64,000 nt of DNA from Candidatus Micrarchaeota archaeon (GTDB lineage Archaea > Micrarchaeota > Micrarchaeia > Anstonellales > Bilamarchaeaceae): assembly GCA_043812915.1 (NCBI GenBank), contig JBDRLQ010000007.1, forward strand, positions 3,502 through 67,501, in the 5' to 3' direction. Each line of letters starts with the position of its first letter. Positions within the stretch are counted from its first letter, which is position 1. This document shows, piece by piece, positions 53,579 through 62,748 of the stretch. The position numbers were made by a program, and so were the translations under genes. Under the pieces are notes generated by a model. The model was given only the letters and a program-made list of their open reading frames with translations. It was not told the DNA's origin and ran no database searches.

Positions 53579-54859
53579 ATGGCAAGGAGAAAATTACGCG
53601 AATACGATGCCAAGAGGCTGCTTGCTGAGAACATGAAGGAGGCAAGCGATGGAGAGCTGCAGTATGTTTCCACATGCGTGCAGGTCGCCCAGGACACCGA
53701 CATGGACAAGCTCGGGAAGGAGAACGCTTGGCTCAAAAGCATGAAGCTGGTTGTGAAACCCGACATGCTCTTTGGCCGCCGGGGAAAGAACAACCTCATC
53801 CTCCTCAACGCCTCGTGGGAGGAAGCCAAAAAATTCATCAGGGAGAAGATGAATTCAGAGGTTGAAATCCGCGGCGTTAAGGGCGCCCTTACGCACTTCC
53901 TTGTGGAGCCTTTCGTTCCGCACAATGAAGAGTATTATTTCTCCATCCTCTCCAAGAGGGATGAGGATGCCATAAGCTTCTCTGTCGCAGGCGGAATGGA
54001 TGTCGAGGAGAACTGGGAGAAGATGGTGCATGTAACAGTGCCAACTGGCGGGGAGCCCGACGCCAAGGAGATTGAGAAGGGCCTTTCGAACCTGTCCGAG
54101 GAAAAGAGGGCCAAGACAGCGATATTCATCCAGTCATGCTACAGGGTATTCCGGGACCTGGACTTCACCCTTATGGAGTTCAATCCTTTCACCTATGATG
54201 AGGATGGAAGCCCGTTTCCCCTTGACATGCGGGGGGAGCTGGATGATACTGCCGAGTTCAAGGACTGGAAGAAATGGGGCAAGATAGATTTCCCAAGGCC
54301 CTTTGGAAGGAAACTCTATCCTGAGGAGCAGTTCGTCTCTGAGCTGGACAGCAAGAGCGGCTCTTCCCTGAAGCTTACCCTGCTCAATCCGGAGGGAAGG
54401 ATATGGACAATGGTTGCCGGCGGGGGCGCCTCAGTCATCTATGCCGACACCATTGTTGATTTAGGGATGGGGCACGAACTGGCCAACTATGGCGAGTACA
54501 GCGGAGATCCGAACGCCGAGGAGACTTATCTTTATGCCAAGACGCTCCTGGACCTTGCGACAAGGAACGCGGACGGCAAGCCCCGCGCATTGATAATAGG
54601 AGGGGGAATCGCGAACTTCACTGATGTGGCCAAGACATTTACAGGAATCATCCGGGCGCTTAGGGAATATAAGGACAAGATGAAGGCCGCCGGAATCAGG
54701 ATATACGTGCGGAGGGGCGGCCCGAACTATCAGACCGGGCTTAAGCTAATGAGGGGGCTTGGAAACGAGCTTGGAATCCCGATAGAGGTGCATGGCCCCG
54801 AGGCGCAGATGACCAACATCGTGCCGATGGCTATCGATTATGTCAAGGGAGGTGCTTGA
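53579..54859 (+). CDS. aclB: ATP-citrate lyase, small (beta, ATP-grasp) subunit
   Basis: MARRKLREYDAKRLL, VVKPDMLFGRRGK, FLVEPFVPHNEEYY, LDMRGELDDTAEFK, RIWTMVAGGGASVIYADT, IGGGIANFTDVA. Collinear with plant ACLA / the human ACLY N-terminus as I remember them. Confidence 0.88.
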   Translation: MARRKLREYDAKRLLAENMKEASDGELQYVSTCVQVAQDTDMDKLGKENAWLKSMKLVVKPDMLFGRRGKNNLILLNASWEEAKKFIREKMNSEVEIRGVKGALTHFLVEPFVPHNEEYYFSILSKRDEDAISFSVAGGMDVEENWEKMVHVTVPTGGEPDAKEIEKGLSNLSEEKRAKTAIFIQSCYRVFRDLDFTLMEFNPFTYDEDGSPFPLDMRGELDDTAEFKDWKKWGKIDFPRPFGRKLYPEEQFVSELDSKSGSSLKLTLLNPEGRIWTMVAGGGASVIYADTIVDLGMGHELANYGEYSGDPNAEETYLYAKTLLDLATRNADGKPRALIIGGGIANFTDVAKTFTGIIRALREYKDKMKAAGIRIYVRRGGPNYQTGLKLMRGLGNELGIPIEVHGPEAQMTNIVPMAIDYVKGGA

Positions 54860-54860
54860 G

Positions 54861-56693
54861 ATGGAGGACTACAGGCTATTTTCAAAGGACACACAGGCGC
54901 TGATATACAATTTCAAGCCGAATCCTGTGCAGAGGATGCTTGATTTCGATTATATCTGCAGGCGGGCGAAGCCAAGCATCGCGGGCCTTATCGCGCCTGG
55001 CAGGAACGGGTTCCACAAGGCATTCTTCGGGGGAAAGGAAATCCTGCTTCCGATCTATTCTTCTATTGATGCCGCGGCGACAAAGCATCCGAAGGCGGAT
55101 GTGCTCATCAACTTCGCATCTTTCAGGAGCGCGCACGATTCCACAAAATCGGCCCTGGAGCAGGAGGGAATCCGGACCGTTGTGATAATCGCGGAAGGGG
55201 TTCCTGAGAGGCAGATAAAGGATTTGACCGCATTTGCCAAAGAGAACAATAAGATTATCATCGGCCCGGCGACGGTCGGGGGAGTGCAGGCAGGAGCCTT
55301 CAAGATTGGCAACACCGCGGGCACTGTGGACAATATCATTGCATGCAAGCTCCACCGGCCTGGCTCGGTCGGATTCGTATCCAAGTCTGGGGGACTCTCG
55401 AACGAGATGTACAACATGCTCGCGATGACCACCGACGGCCTTTATGAGGGAATCGCGATTGGCGGGGATGCTTTCCCTGGCACGAACCTGCTCGACCATG
55501 TTTTAAGATTCGAGAAGATGCCCGAGGTGAAGATGATTGTCCTCCTTGGGGAGCTGGGCGGCCGTGAGGAGTACAGCATCGTTGAGGCCAAGAAGGAAGG
55601 GAAGATAACAAAGCCGGTGGTCGCCTGGGTCACCGGGACATGCGCCAAAGTTTTCCCGTCCGAAGTGCAGTTCGGGCATGCGGGCGCCAAGAGCGGCTCC
55701 GAGACAGAAACCGCTGAAGCCAAGAACAAGGCCCTGAAGGAAGCGGGGATAGCGGTGCCGGATTCCTTCGAGGACTTCGGCAAGAAAATCAATGAGACAT
55801 ATAAGGGCCTTGTGAAGGACGGGACAATCAAGCCCGCTCAAGAGGTTGCGCCACCCGAGCTTCCGGTGGATTTCAATGCCGCAATCAAGAGCGGCGCGGT
55901 TAGGAAGCCGACTTCATTCGTGTGCACAATATCGGATGACCGCGGGGAGGAGGTTACTTACGGCGGGGTGCCGATAAGCACAATCATCGAGGAGGACTAC
56001 GGTCTTGGGGATGTAATCTCCCTTCTGTGGTTTCGGAAAAAGCTTCCTCCCTACGCGTCAAAATTCATTGAGAAGGTGCTGATGATTGCGGCGGACCATG
56101 GGCCCTGCGTTTCAGGCGCCCACAACGCGATTGTGGCGTCAAGGGCAGGCAAGGACCTGATGTCCTGCCTGGCTTCAGGGATACTGACAATCGGCCCGAG
56201 ATTCGGAGGTGCAATCGATGATGCCGCCAGATACTTCAAGGACGCCTGCGACCGCGGGCTTTCACCCGACGAGTTCGTAGAAGAGATGAAATCAAGGAAC
56301 ATAAGGATTCCGGGCATCGGCCACAGGATAAAGAGCGCCAAGAACCCTGACAAGCGGGTGGAGCTGCTCAAGAAATACGCGAAGGAGAACTTCCCGCAGA
56401 CGAAATACCTGGACTTCGCGCTGTCCGTCGAGCAGGAGACGCTTAAGAAGGCCAACAACCTCATCCTGAATGTCGATGGCTGCATCGGCATCCTGTTCGT
56501 GGACCTCATGAGCAGCTGCGGGGCCTTTAGCAAGGAGGAGATTGATGATGTCCTCAAGGTCGGCTACCTGAACGGGCTATTCGTCCTGGCAAGAAGCATC
56601 GGAATGATTGGCCACATAATCGACCAGAAGAGGTTGCAGCAGCCCCTTTATCGCCATCCATATGATGACGTGCTCTTCCCTGAGGAAGAGTAA
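54861..56693 (+). CDS. aclA: ATP-citrate lyase, large (alpha) subunit with CoA-binding, phosphohistidine and citryl-CoA lyase modules
   Basis: PVQRMLDFDYICRR, GPATVGG, SKSGGLSNE, VQFGHAGA (catalytic His), ADHGPCVSGAHN, GHRIKSAKNPDKRVELL, LNGLFVLARSIG, YRHPYDDV. SD GGAGGTG. 1-nt gap after aclB. Confidence 0.88.
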   Translation: MEDYRLFSKDTQALIYNFKPNPVQRMLDFDYICRRAKPSIAGLIAPGRNGFHKAFFGGKEILLPIYSSIDAAATKHPKADVLINFASFRSAHDSTKSALEQEGIRTVVIIAEGVPERQIKDLTAFAKENNKIIIGPATVGGVQAGAFKIGNTAGTVDNIIACKLHRPGSVGFVSKSGGLSNEMYNMLAMTTDGLYEGIAIGGDAFPGTNLLDHVLRFEKMPEVKMIVLLGELGGREEYSIVEAKKEGKITKPVVAWVTGTCAKVFPSEVQFGHAGAKSGSETETAEAKNKALKEAGIAVPDSFEDFGKKINETYKGLVKDGTIKPAQEVAPPELPVDFNAAIKSGAVRKPTSFVCTISDDRGEEVTYGGVPISTIIEEDYGLGDVISLLWFRKKLPPYASKFIEKVLMIAADHGPCVSGAHNAIVASRAGKDLMSCLASGILTIGPRFGGAIDDAARYFKDACDRGLSPDEFVEEMKSRNIRIPGIGHRIKSAKNPDKRVELLKKYAKENFPQTKYLDFALSVEQETLKKANNLILNVDGCIGILFVDLMSSCGAFSKEEIDDVLKVGYLNGLFVLARSIGMIGHIIDQKRLQQPLYRHPYDDVLFPEEE

Positions 56694-56706
56694 TTTCCCC
56701 TTTTTA

Positions 56707-57285
56707 TTATCCGAATTCATCTAGGTTGACCTGGTGGAAAATCCGCCCCTCCCTCTTTTCCGGCTCAGATAGGAGTTCCTGCCTCATAAATCTGTTCATC
56801 ATTCTTTCCATGACCTTGTCCGGAATATAGCTAATCCTGCCGCATCCGGTCGTCTTGCAGAGTTCGACAATCGCGTAGAACAGGTATTCGCTGATTCCGC
56901 ACCCATGTTTCCTGGCAAAAGCGAGTGACATCTTTTCATCGCTTGATACAGCGACAAGATTGATGGCGTTGCCCTGCCTTTCGAATTCCCAGGCGCCGAC
57001 AACCTGGCTCCCCTCTAGCATCGCGACCCCCTCGCGGCACGCGCATGGGACATAATGCCTGCACGAGCGGAGCAATCTTTCTTTCTCTTCCTTCTGCTCA
57101 TGGTCCAGGCTGGAAGCTGGAACAATGGAATAGCCCTTGGGCACATGGACGAAAGAAATCGAGTGCCTGAGCGCAATCGCCTGCATCGTTTCCCTCACAC
57201 ACGCCCCCGGTGATAATGCGAATTTCAGGATTTTTCCAAGCGGGGACCCGAAAATGTCCTGGTATTTCTGGACCAGCGCTTTCAT
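56707..57285 (-). CDS. hypothetical protein (possible GNAT-like fold)
   Basis: Start MKALVQKY chosen. Segment LAFARKHGCGISEYLFYAIVELCK weakly resembles the GNAT acetyl-CoA motif A. Low certainty. Confidence 0.45.
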   Translation of the reverse strand: MKALVQKYQDIFGSPLGKILKFALSPGACVRETMQAIALRHSISFVHVPKGYSIVPASSLDHEQKEEKERLLRSCRHYVPCACREGVAMLEGSQVVGAWEFERQGNAINLVAVSSDEKMSLAFARKHGCGISEYLFYAIVELCKTTGCGRISYIPDKVMERMMNRFMRQELLSEPEKREGRIFHQVNLDEFG

Positions 57286-57424
57286 TCCGCACCCCCTTTC
57301 CGGGCACCCTAGCGTCCGCCTACCAGCTTTAATCATGGCAATCGCATATTCTATTGCAGGAACTAGCTTTTAAAACATTTTTTTTGCTAATATGTAACAG
57401 GAAAACAGGCACAAGGGCGGTCTA

Positions 57425-58246
57425 ATGATTCAGGCAAAAAATTCTGTCGGGGCTGATGGAAAGCGGTTGAGGTTCAGCGGCAATGCTTGCGACCTTTCAG
57501 GAACTCTTCTTGTCAGGCGGGGCTCTAAACGGCCATTCCATATTGCCGCGGGGATGGGCAACCATCTTGAGGAACCAATAAATGGTGTGGCGCTGGCACC
57601 ATGCGTCAACCTCTCTTCCAAAAAACTTACTGGGTTGGCGCTATCCGCGGACAACAAGTTCGACGCCGGAATTGACGGCCTTTCCCTTGCTATCTTCTCC
57701 CAGGCAGCAAGAGGCCGGGTAAGGGGAGCTTCCATCGGTCTTTGGGGAACCTTAGCAAAGGAAGTATCCGGGGTATCCGCCAGCCTGTGCGCCTCCTTTG
57801 TACCGGGCAATGTGCGGGGAATATCATTTTCAACTGCACTTAATGTGGCGGGCCTTGAGAAGCACATGCGGGAAGGTGTGAAAACCGAAGAGGTGTGCGG
57901 CGATATAAAAGGAGTTGCCTTCGGCGGCTGCGTGAATTTTTCATCAAGCACGGCAGGATTCGCTTTCGGCGGCCTCTTCAATGATGTCATTGGAAACCTT
58001 AAGGGAGTCGCGGCAGGCCTTATCACAAGGGTGAGGGGGGCCGCCCAAGGGCTCATCCTCTCATGCGTTGGAACGTGCAAAAGCTTCAGCGGAGTTATGG
58101 TCGGCATTGTCAATATCTGTGAGGAGCGGTCCTCAGGAATTCAGATTGGTCTCCTGAACATACGGAAGGACGCTCCATGGTTCGCAAAGGCGATTCCAGG
58201 AATGGCGGTAAGGCTCAGGAGGGCCGATTATGAAAAAAAGGATTGA
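57425..58246 (+). CDS. Gly/Val/Ala-rich ~19-22-aa repeat protein (beta-solenoid-like; hypothetical)
   Basis: Recurrent G-[VIL]-[AS]-[LFI]-[AGS] units (INGVALAP, LTGLALSA, IDGLSLAI, VRGASIGL, VSGVSASL, VRGISFST, IKGVAFGG, TAGFAFGG, LKGVAAGL, AQGLILSC, FSGVMVGI, SSGIQIGLLN). Confidence 0.6.
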   Translation: MIQAKNSVGADGKRLRFSGNACDLSGTLLVRRGSKRPFHIAAGMGNHLEEPINGVALAPCVNLSSKKLTGLALSADNKFDAGIDGLSLAIFSQAARGRVRGASIGLWGTLAKEVSGVSASLCASFVPGNVRGISFSTALNVAGLEKHMREGVKTEEVCGDIKGVAFGGCVNFSSSTAGFAFGGLFNDVIGNLKGVAAGLITRVRGAAQGLILSCVGTCKSFSGVMVGIVNICEERSSGIQIGLLNIRKDAPWFAKAIPGMAVRLRRADYEKKD

Positions 58247-58281
58247 GATTTGAAAATAGGAAATAAAAGAAAAAGAAGCGC

Positions 58282-58887
58282 TTATCTTGCACTCCTTGCC
58301 ATCCTTTCTGTTTCGTCTCTCTTCTTGATGGCGTAGCTTGTCTGCACATCGCCTTTTGCGGTGTTGATTATCTCGCCCGCAAGGGCCTCGGAGAGCGATT
58401 TCGACTTGTTGAAGCATCCCATAAGTGCCGCAAGCGCGATGTTGCGGAGCGCCATGTCAAGCCTTCTGGTTGCTGAAACGTCAACTGCGATCTGGTAGCT
58501 CACGCCACCATAGGAAACACGCGTGACATCCTCCCTCGGGGCCGAGTTCTCCACCGCACGGACAAGCATCTGCACCGGGTTCTCCTTGCTCTCCTTCTCC
58601 ACGATTTCGAAGGCATCCTCAACAATCCTGAGGACCTTGAGCTTCTTTCCCTGCAGCCTTCCCTGGGTCCTGATGACCTTGCCGGATGTCTTCTCGCCGG
58701 TTCCGCCCCTCATAAGCTTGTTTGCGAGCCTTTCCACGAGGTTGAGCTGGGTCTTTCCAAGAGCCTTCTTGGAGAACCTTCCCGAGGAGTGGGGGACGTT
58801 CACTGCCTTCATATTAATTACCTGGGCAATGCTCCTGTCCTTAACCTCGACTTTATCAAGTTCGTACTTACCGAAAAGCTTGTCCAT
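58282..58887 (-). CDS. rps7: 30S ribosomal protein S7 (uS7)
   Basis: LVERLANKLMRGG...KLKVLRIVEDAFEIV...VSYQIAVDVSATRRLDMALRNI. Confidence 0.95.
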   Translation of the reverse strand: MDKLFGKYELDKVEVKDRSIAQVINMKAVNVPHSSGRFSKKALGKTQLNLVERLANKLMRGGTGEKTSGKVIRTQGRLQGKKLKVLRIVEDAFEIVEKESKENPVQMLVRAVENSAPREDVTRVSYGGVSYQIAVDVSATRRLDMALRNIALAALMGCFNKSKSLSEALAGEIINTAKGDVQTSYAIKKRDETERMARSAR

Positions 58888-58892
58888 GATTA

Positions 58893-59318
58893 TCATCTCT
58901 TGGATTTCTCCTTCTTGCCCTTCCTGAGCATCTGGAGGTCGACTCCGTTCACGGCGACGACTTTGTACCTGATACCGGGAATCGAGCCCATCTGCCCTCT
59001 CTGGGAGCCTCCCAGGCCGGCGATGGTGATTTCGTCGTGCTCATCAATGAAGGTGATCGCCTTGTCTCTCGGCGCGAAAGCGCCTACTACCTTGCCGGAA
59101 AAGAGCTGGCACCTGACACACTTAATGAGCCCGGAGTGCGGCTGCTTCTGCTCGAGCGTGATTTTCTCGAGCACAATCGCTTTTGCCTGCGGCGCGCCCC
59201 TTAGGGGGTCGAATTTATCCTTGAGGTTGAGGGCTCTCCTCTTCCACCTTTTGGACAACCAGCGTGTCTTCTTCCTTTTTCTTTCTGTGTTTCTTCCTGC
59301 GAATTCTCCATTACCCAT
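58893..59318 (-). CDS. rps12: 30S ribosomal protein S12 (uS12)
   Basis: [32 protein letters not shown]...[21 protein letters not shown] before MGNGEFAG. Confidence 0.95.
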   Translation of the reverse strand: MGNGEFAGRNTERKRKKTRWLSKRWKRRALNLKDKFDPLRGAPQAKAIVLEKITLEQKQPHSGLIKCVRCQLFSGKVVGAFAPRDKAITFIDEHDEITIAGLGGSQRGQMGSIPGIRYKVVAVNGVDLQMLRKGKKEKSKR

Positions 59319-59399
59319 AGGAGCACCTAAGCTATATAGTTGATAAATCAACCGAATGAGCAGCCTAATCAAATCAAATGCGAGAAAGGCTTTTTAAGG

Positions 59400-59552
59400 C
59401 TACTTCTTGGCCCTAATCTCCTTTCTTTTTGGCCTGAGGTACTTGGAGCCGCACTTCCTGCATTTATCGACTCCCTTCTTGTTCCTCGTCTTGCATTTGC
59501 TGCATATCATTGTATTTGCCAGTCTTGCATCTGCTTCAGGAAATTTTCCCAT
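59400..59552 (-). CDS. rpl40e: 50S ribosomal protein L40e (eL40; below ORF-track cutoff)
   Basis: Hand translation: MGKFPEADARLANTMICSKCKTRNKKGVDKCRKCGSKYLRPKRKEIRAKK*. CxxC...CxxC zinc ribbon typical of L40e. Confidence 0.85.
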   Translation of the reverse strand: MGKFPEADARLANTMICSKCKTRNKKGVDKCRKCGSKYLRPKRKEIRAKK

Positions 59553-59630
59553 TTTATTAGCACCCAGTCGGTTATTAGGTAGTGCATTAGTTTCGTATGG
59601 TTTTTAAATGTGCGGAAATGAAATCAGATA

Positions 59631-60047
59631 ATGGAGAAAGAGCATTCAGCCGGCGCAATCGTCTTCAGGATTGAAGGCGGCAGGCGCGTTTATCTTCTTC
59701 TGCATTACGACGCCGGCCATTGGGATTTCATAAAGGGAAAGAAAGGGTCCGGCGAGTCGGACATGCAGACGATACTCCGCGAGGCCAAGGAGGAATCCGG
59801 CCTGGCCGATCTTGAGTTCAGGGAAGGGTTCAAGGAAATGATTCATTATTCCTACCCCCGTGAAAGGGAATCGATCCCGAAAGAAGTCGTATTCTTCTTA
59901 GCGGAAACAAAGAGCAGGGACGTAATGCTATCGCATGAGCACCAGGGCTCCGAATGGCTCGGCTATGAGAAGGCCAGGGAGCGGCTCACTTTCGACAATG
60001 CGAAGAAAATTCTTGACAAGGCCAACGAGTTCTTGGTGGACGAGTGA
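59631..60047 (+). CDS. NUDIX hydrolase
   Basis: Nudix box GKKGSGESDMQTILREAKEESGL (Gx5Ex7REUxEExGU). Confidence 0.85.
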   Translation: MEKEHSAGAIVFRIEGGRRVYLLLHYDAGHWDFIKGKKGSGESDMQTILREAKEESGLADLEFREGFKEMIHYSYPRERESIPKEVVFFLAETKSRDVMLSHEHQGSEWLGYEKARERLTFDNAKKILDKANEFLVDE

Positions 60048-61753
60048 GGAATGCGGAAGTCGCCCGGCTTCTGTATACCATTGCCGACATCCTGGAGATT
60101 CAGGAAGTCCCGTTCAAGCCAGTAGCCTACCGCAGGGCAGGGAGAAGCATCGAGGAGCTCCCGGAGGATATTGAGGATGTTTTCCGCAGGGGGGATTTGG
60201 AGAAGATCCCCGGCATCGGAAAGAATATCGCAGAGAAGATTGAAGAGTACCTTCAGAGCGGGAAGCTTAGGTATCTGGAGAAGCTCAAGAAAGAGGCGCC
60301 TTTTGATATAGAGGGCATGAGCGAAATAGAGGGGATCGGCCCGAAGACTGCCAAGAAGCTATATGACTCACTGAAGGTAAGGACCGTTTCTGATTTGGAG
60401 AAGGCGGCAAGGGCGCACCGGATTTCCTCCCTTGAAGGCTTCGGGGAAGCCAGCGAGCAGAGAATCCTGGATTCCATAGAGGCCATGAAGCGCAGGGGAG
60501 ACCGGATTCCACTTGGGAAGATTGCTCCTGCCGCCCAGGAGCTCAGGCGCAGGATACTCGCTGTTGCCGGAGTCTCAAATGCTGAGATTGTCGGCTCGTA
60601 CCGCAGGCGGCTCGAGACTGTCGGGGACCTTGATATACTGGCCGTATCCTCCAGCCCGGAGAAGGTGATGGATTTCTTCTGCTCGATGCGTGATGTGGAG
60701 CGCGTCCTTGCAAAGGGGAGCACCCGGTCGGCTGTCGAATTGACTGGCGGGCTGCACGTTGATTTGCGCGCCATCGAAAGCGAATCATTCGGCTCCGCGA
60801 TGCAGTATTTCACCGGCTCGAAAGAGCACAATGTTGCTACGCGGAGGATTGCTGTTTCAAAAGGGATGAAGCTCAGCGAATACGGGCTGTTCAAGGGGGA
60901 GATGCAGGTTGCCGGGCGGACTGAGAAAGGTATCTACGCTGCGCTTGGCCTGGCTTATGTCCCGCCGGAGCTGCGCGAGAACTCCGGCGAAGTGCAGGCA
61001 GCCCTTTCCGGGAAGCTTCCGAAGCTGGTTGAGCTCAGGGACATCAAGGGCGACCTGCATGTGCACACGAACTGGAGCGAGGGAAAAAACTCCCTTGAGG
61101 AGATGGCGATGAAGGGCAAGTCCCTTGGCCATGAATACATGCTTATTTGCGACCATGGAGGCAATCTGCCGGTCGCCAACTCGCTTGATGAAAGGAGAAT
61201 CGCCAGGCAGGGAAAGGAGATTGACGCGCTCAACAAGCTTGGCGCAAAGAACGGCTGGCCATTCCTGCTCAAGGGAAGCGAAGTCAACATCACAAAGGAC
61301 GGGGTGGATGTGGCCGATTCCACGCTCAGGGAACTTGACATCGTTGTCGCGGCCATACACTCGGGCTTCCGCAATTCAAGGAAAAAGATAATGGAAAGGC
61401 TTTTCTGCGCGATGGAGAACGAGCACGTGGACATCATCGCGCACCCCACCGGAAGGATTATCGGAAGGCGGGAGCCTTATGAAGTGGACATTCCGGAATT
61501 ATTGGACAAGGCGAAAGAAACGGGCACCATATTGGAAATAAATTCCCAGCCAGACCGCCTGGACCTCAAGGATGTCCACGCCCGGAAGGCAAAGGACAAG
61601 ATCAAGCTTTCAATAAGCACAGACGCCCACGCGGATTCCCAGATGGATTACCTGTGGCTCGGCGTCGCGACGGCAAGGCGGGGCTGGTGCCGGAAAAAAG
61701 ACATAATAAACACGATTGGCCTCAGGGGGCTGGGGAAGGTTTTCGATTTATAG
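60044..61753 (+). CDS. polX: family X DNA polymerase with C-terminal PHP phosphoesterase domain
   Basis: N-terminal HhH region NAEVARLLYTIADILEI...KIPGIGKNIAEKI, nucleotidyl-transferase GSYRRRLETVGDLDIL, PHP motifs DLHVHTNWSEG...HPTGR. GTGA overlap with the Nudix gene. Confidence 0.9.
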   Translation: MRNAEVARLLYTIADILEIQEVPFKPVAYRRAGRSIEELPEDIEDVFRRGDLEKIPGIGKNIAEKIEEYLQSGKLRYLEKLKKEAPFDIEGMSEIEGIGPKTAKKLYDSLKVRTVSDLEKAARAHRISSLEGFGEASEQRILDSIEAMKRRGDRIPLGKIAPAAQELRRRILAVAGVSNAEIVGSYRRRLETVGDLDILAVSSSPEKVMDFFCSMRDVERVLAKGSTRSAVELTGGLHVDLRAIESESFGSAMQYFTGSKEHNVATRRIAVSKGMKLSEYGLFKGEMQVAGRTEKGIYAALGLAYVPPELRENSGEVQAALSGKLPKLVELRDIKGDLHVHTNWSEGKNSLEEMAMKGKSLGHEYMLICDHGGNLPVANSLDERRIARQGKEIDALNKLGAKNGWPFLLKGSEVNITKDGVDVADSTLRELDIVVAAIHSGFRNSRKKIMERLFCAMENEHVDIIAHPTGRIIGRREPYEVDIPELLDKAKETGTILEINSQPDRLDLKDVHARKAKDKIKLSISTDAHADSQMDYLWLGVATARRGWCRKKDIINTIGLRGLGKVFDL

Positions 61754-61762
61754 GTGAAAAAC

Positions 61763-62041
61763 ATGGAAGGGAAAGAAGGACCAAGGGGACCTACGTGCCA
61801 GAGCTGCGCGATGCCAATGACAAAGCCCGATGATTTTGGCACAAACGGGGACGGGACGAAGAACGGCGATTACTGCGCCATGTGCTTCCAGGGGGGAACA
61901 TTCACGGAGCCTGGCATCACGATGGAGCAGATGATCGGGAAGGTATCGGCAATACTTCAGGAGCAGATGCGGCTCCCCAAGGAAGAGGCCGATGAGGTCG
62001 CAGGGGGCGCCATACCCAAGCTAAGAAGATGGGCAAAATAG
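61763..62041 (+). CDS. small zinc-ribbon domain protein (CxxC...CxxC; Zn_ribbon_2-like)
   Basis: CQSCAMPMTKPDDFGTNGDGTKNGDYCAMCFQGGTFTEP. SD AGGTGA. Confidence 0.7.
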   Translation: MEGKEGPRGPTCQSCAMPMTKPDDFGTNGDGTKNGDYCAMCFQGGTFTEPGITMEQMIGKVSAILQEQMRLPKEEADEVAGGAIPKLRRWAK

Positions 62042-62046
62042 GTGAT

Positions 62047-62748
62047 ATGATGCGGGTTGGCAAATCTGCGGATGAGATACTCGGAGAGTTGCGCCGGATG
62101 GAATCCCCCGGTGGCAGGGAAGGTATGGCGCGCTACGGAATCAACACAACGAAAGCCCTCGGAATATCGGTTTATGAGCTCAAGAGAATCGCCGGGGGGA
62201 TAAAGCGGGACCACGATGTCGCCCTGTCCCTTTGGAAGTCCGGAATCCATGAGGCGATGATGCTTGCCGCGTTCCTTGATGAGCCTGGGAAAGTAACTGA
62301 GAAGCAGATGGAGTCCTGGGTGAAGGATTTCGATTCCTGGGACATCTGCGACCAGACCTGCGCATATCTATTCGACCAGACCCCTTTCGCCTATCAGAAG
62401 GCGATGGAGTGGAGCCGGAGGGACGAGGAGTTCGTCAAGCGCGCTGGCTTCGCCCTGATGTGCGCCCTCTCAGTGCACGACAAGAAAGCGCCGGATTCGA
62501 AATTCATGAAATTCCTCCCAGTTATAAAGAGGGAGGCCAATGATGAGCGCAATTTCGTGAAGAAGGCGGTCAACTGGGCGCTCCGCCAGATTGGGAAGCG
62601 GAACCTTGCCCTCAATAAAGAAGCAATAAAAACAGCGAATGCCGTATTAAGTATGGATACTAAGAGCGCCAGGTGGATTGCCCGGGATGCCCTGCGGGAA
62701 CTTGAAAGCGAAAAGGTCCGGAAAAGGCTAGAGGGGATGAGGAAATGA
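62047..62748 (+). CDS. DNA alkylation repair protein (AlkD/AlkC-like HEAT-repeat family)
   Basis: GMARYGINTTKALGISVYELKRIAGGIKRDHDVALSLWKSGIHEAMMLAAF...FVKRAGFALM...NFVKKAVNWALRQIGKRN. Confidence 0.8.
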   Translation: MMRVGKSADEILGELRRMESPGGREGMARYGINTTKALGISVYELKRIAGGIKRDHDVALSLWKSGIHEAMMLAAFLDEPGKVTEKQMESWVKDFDSWDICDQTCAYLFDQTPFAYQKAMEWSRRDEEFVKRAGFALMCALSVHDKKAPDSKFMKFLPVIKREANDERNFVKKAVNWALRQIGKRNLALNKEAIKTANAVLSMDTKSARWIARDALRELESEKVRKRLEGMRK

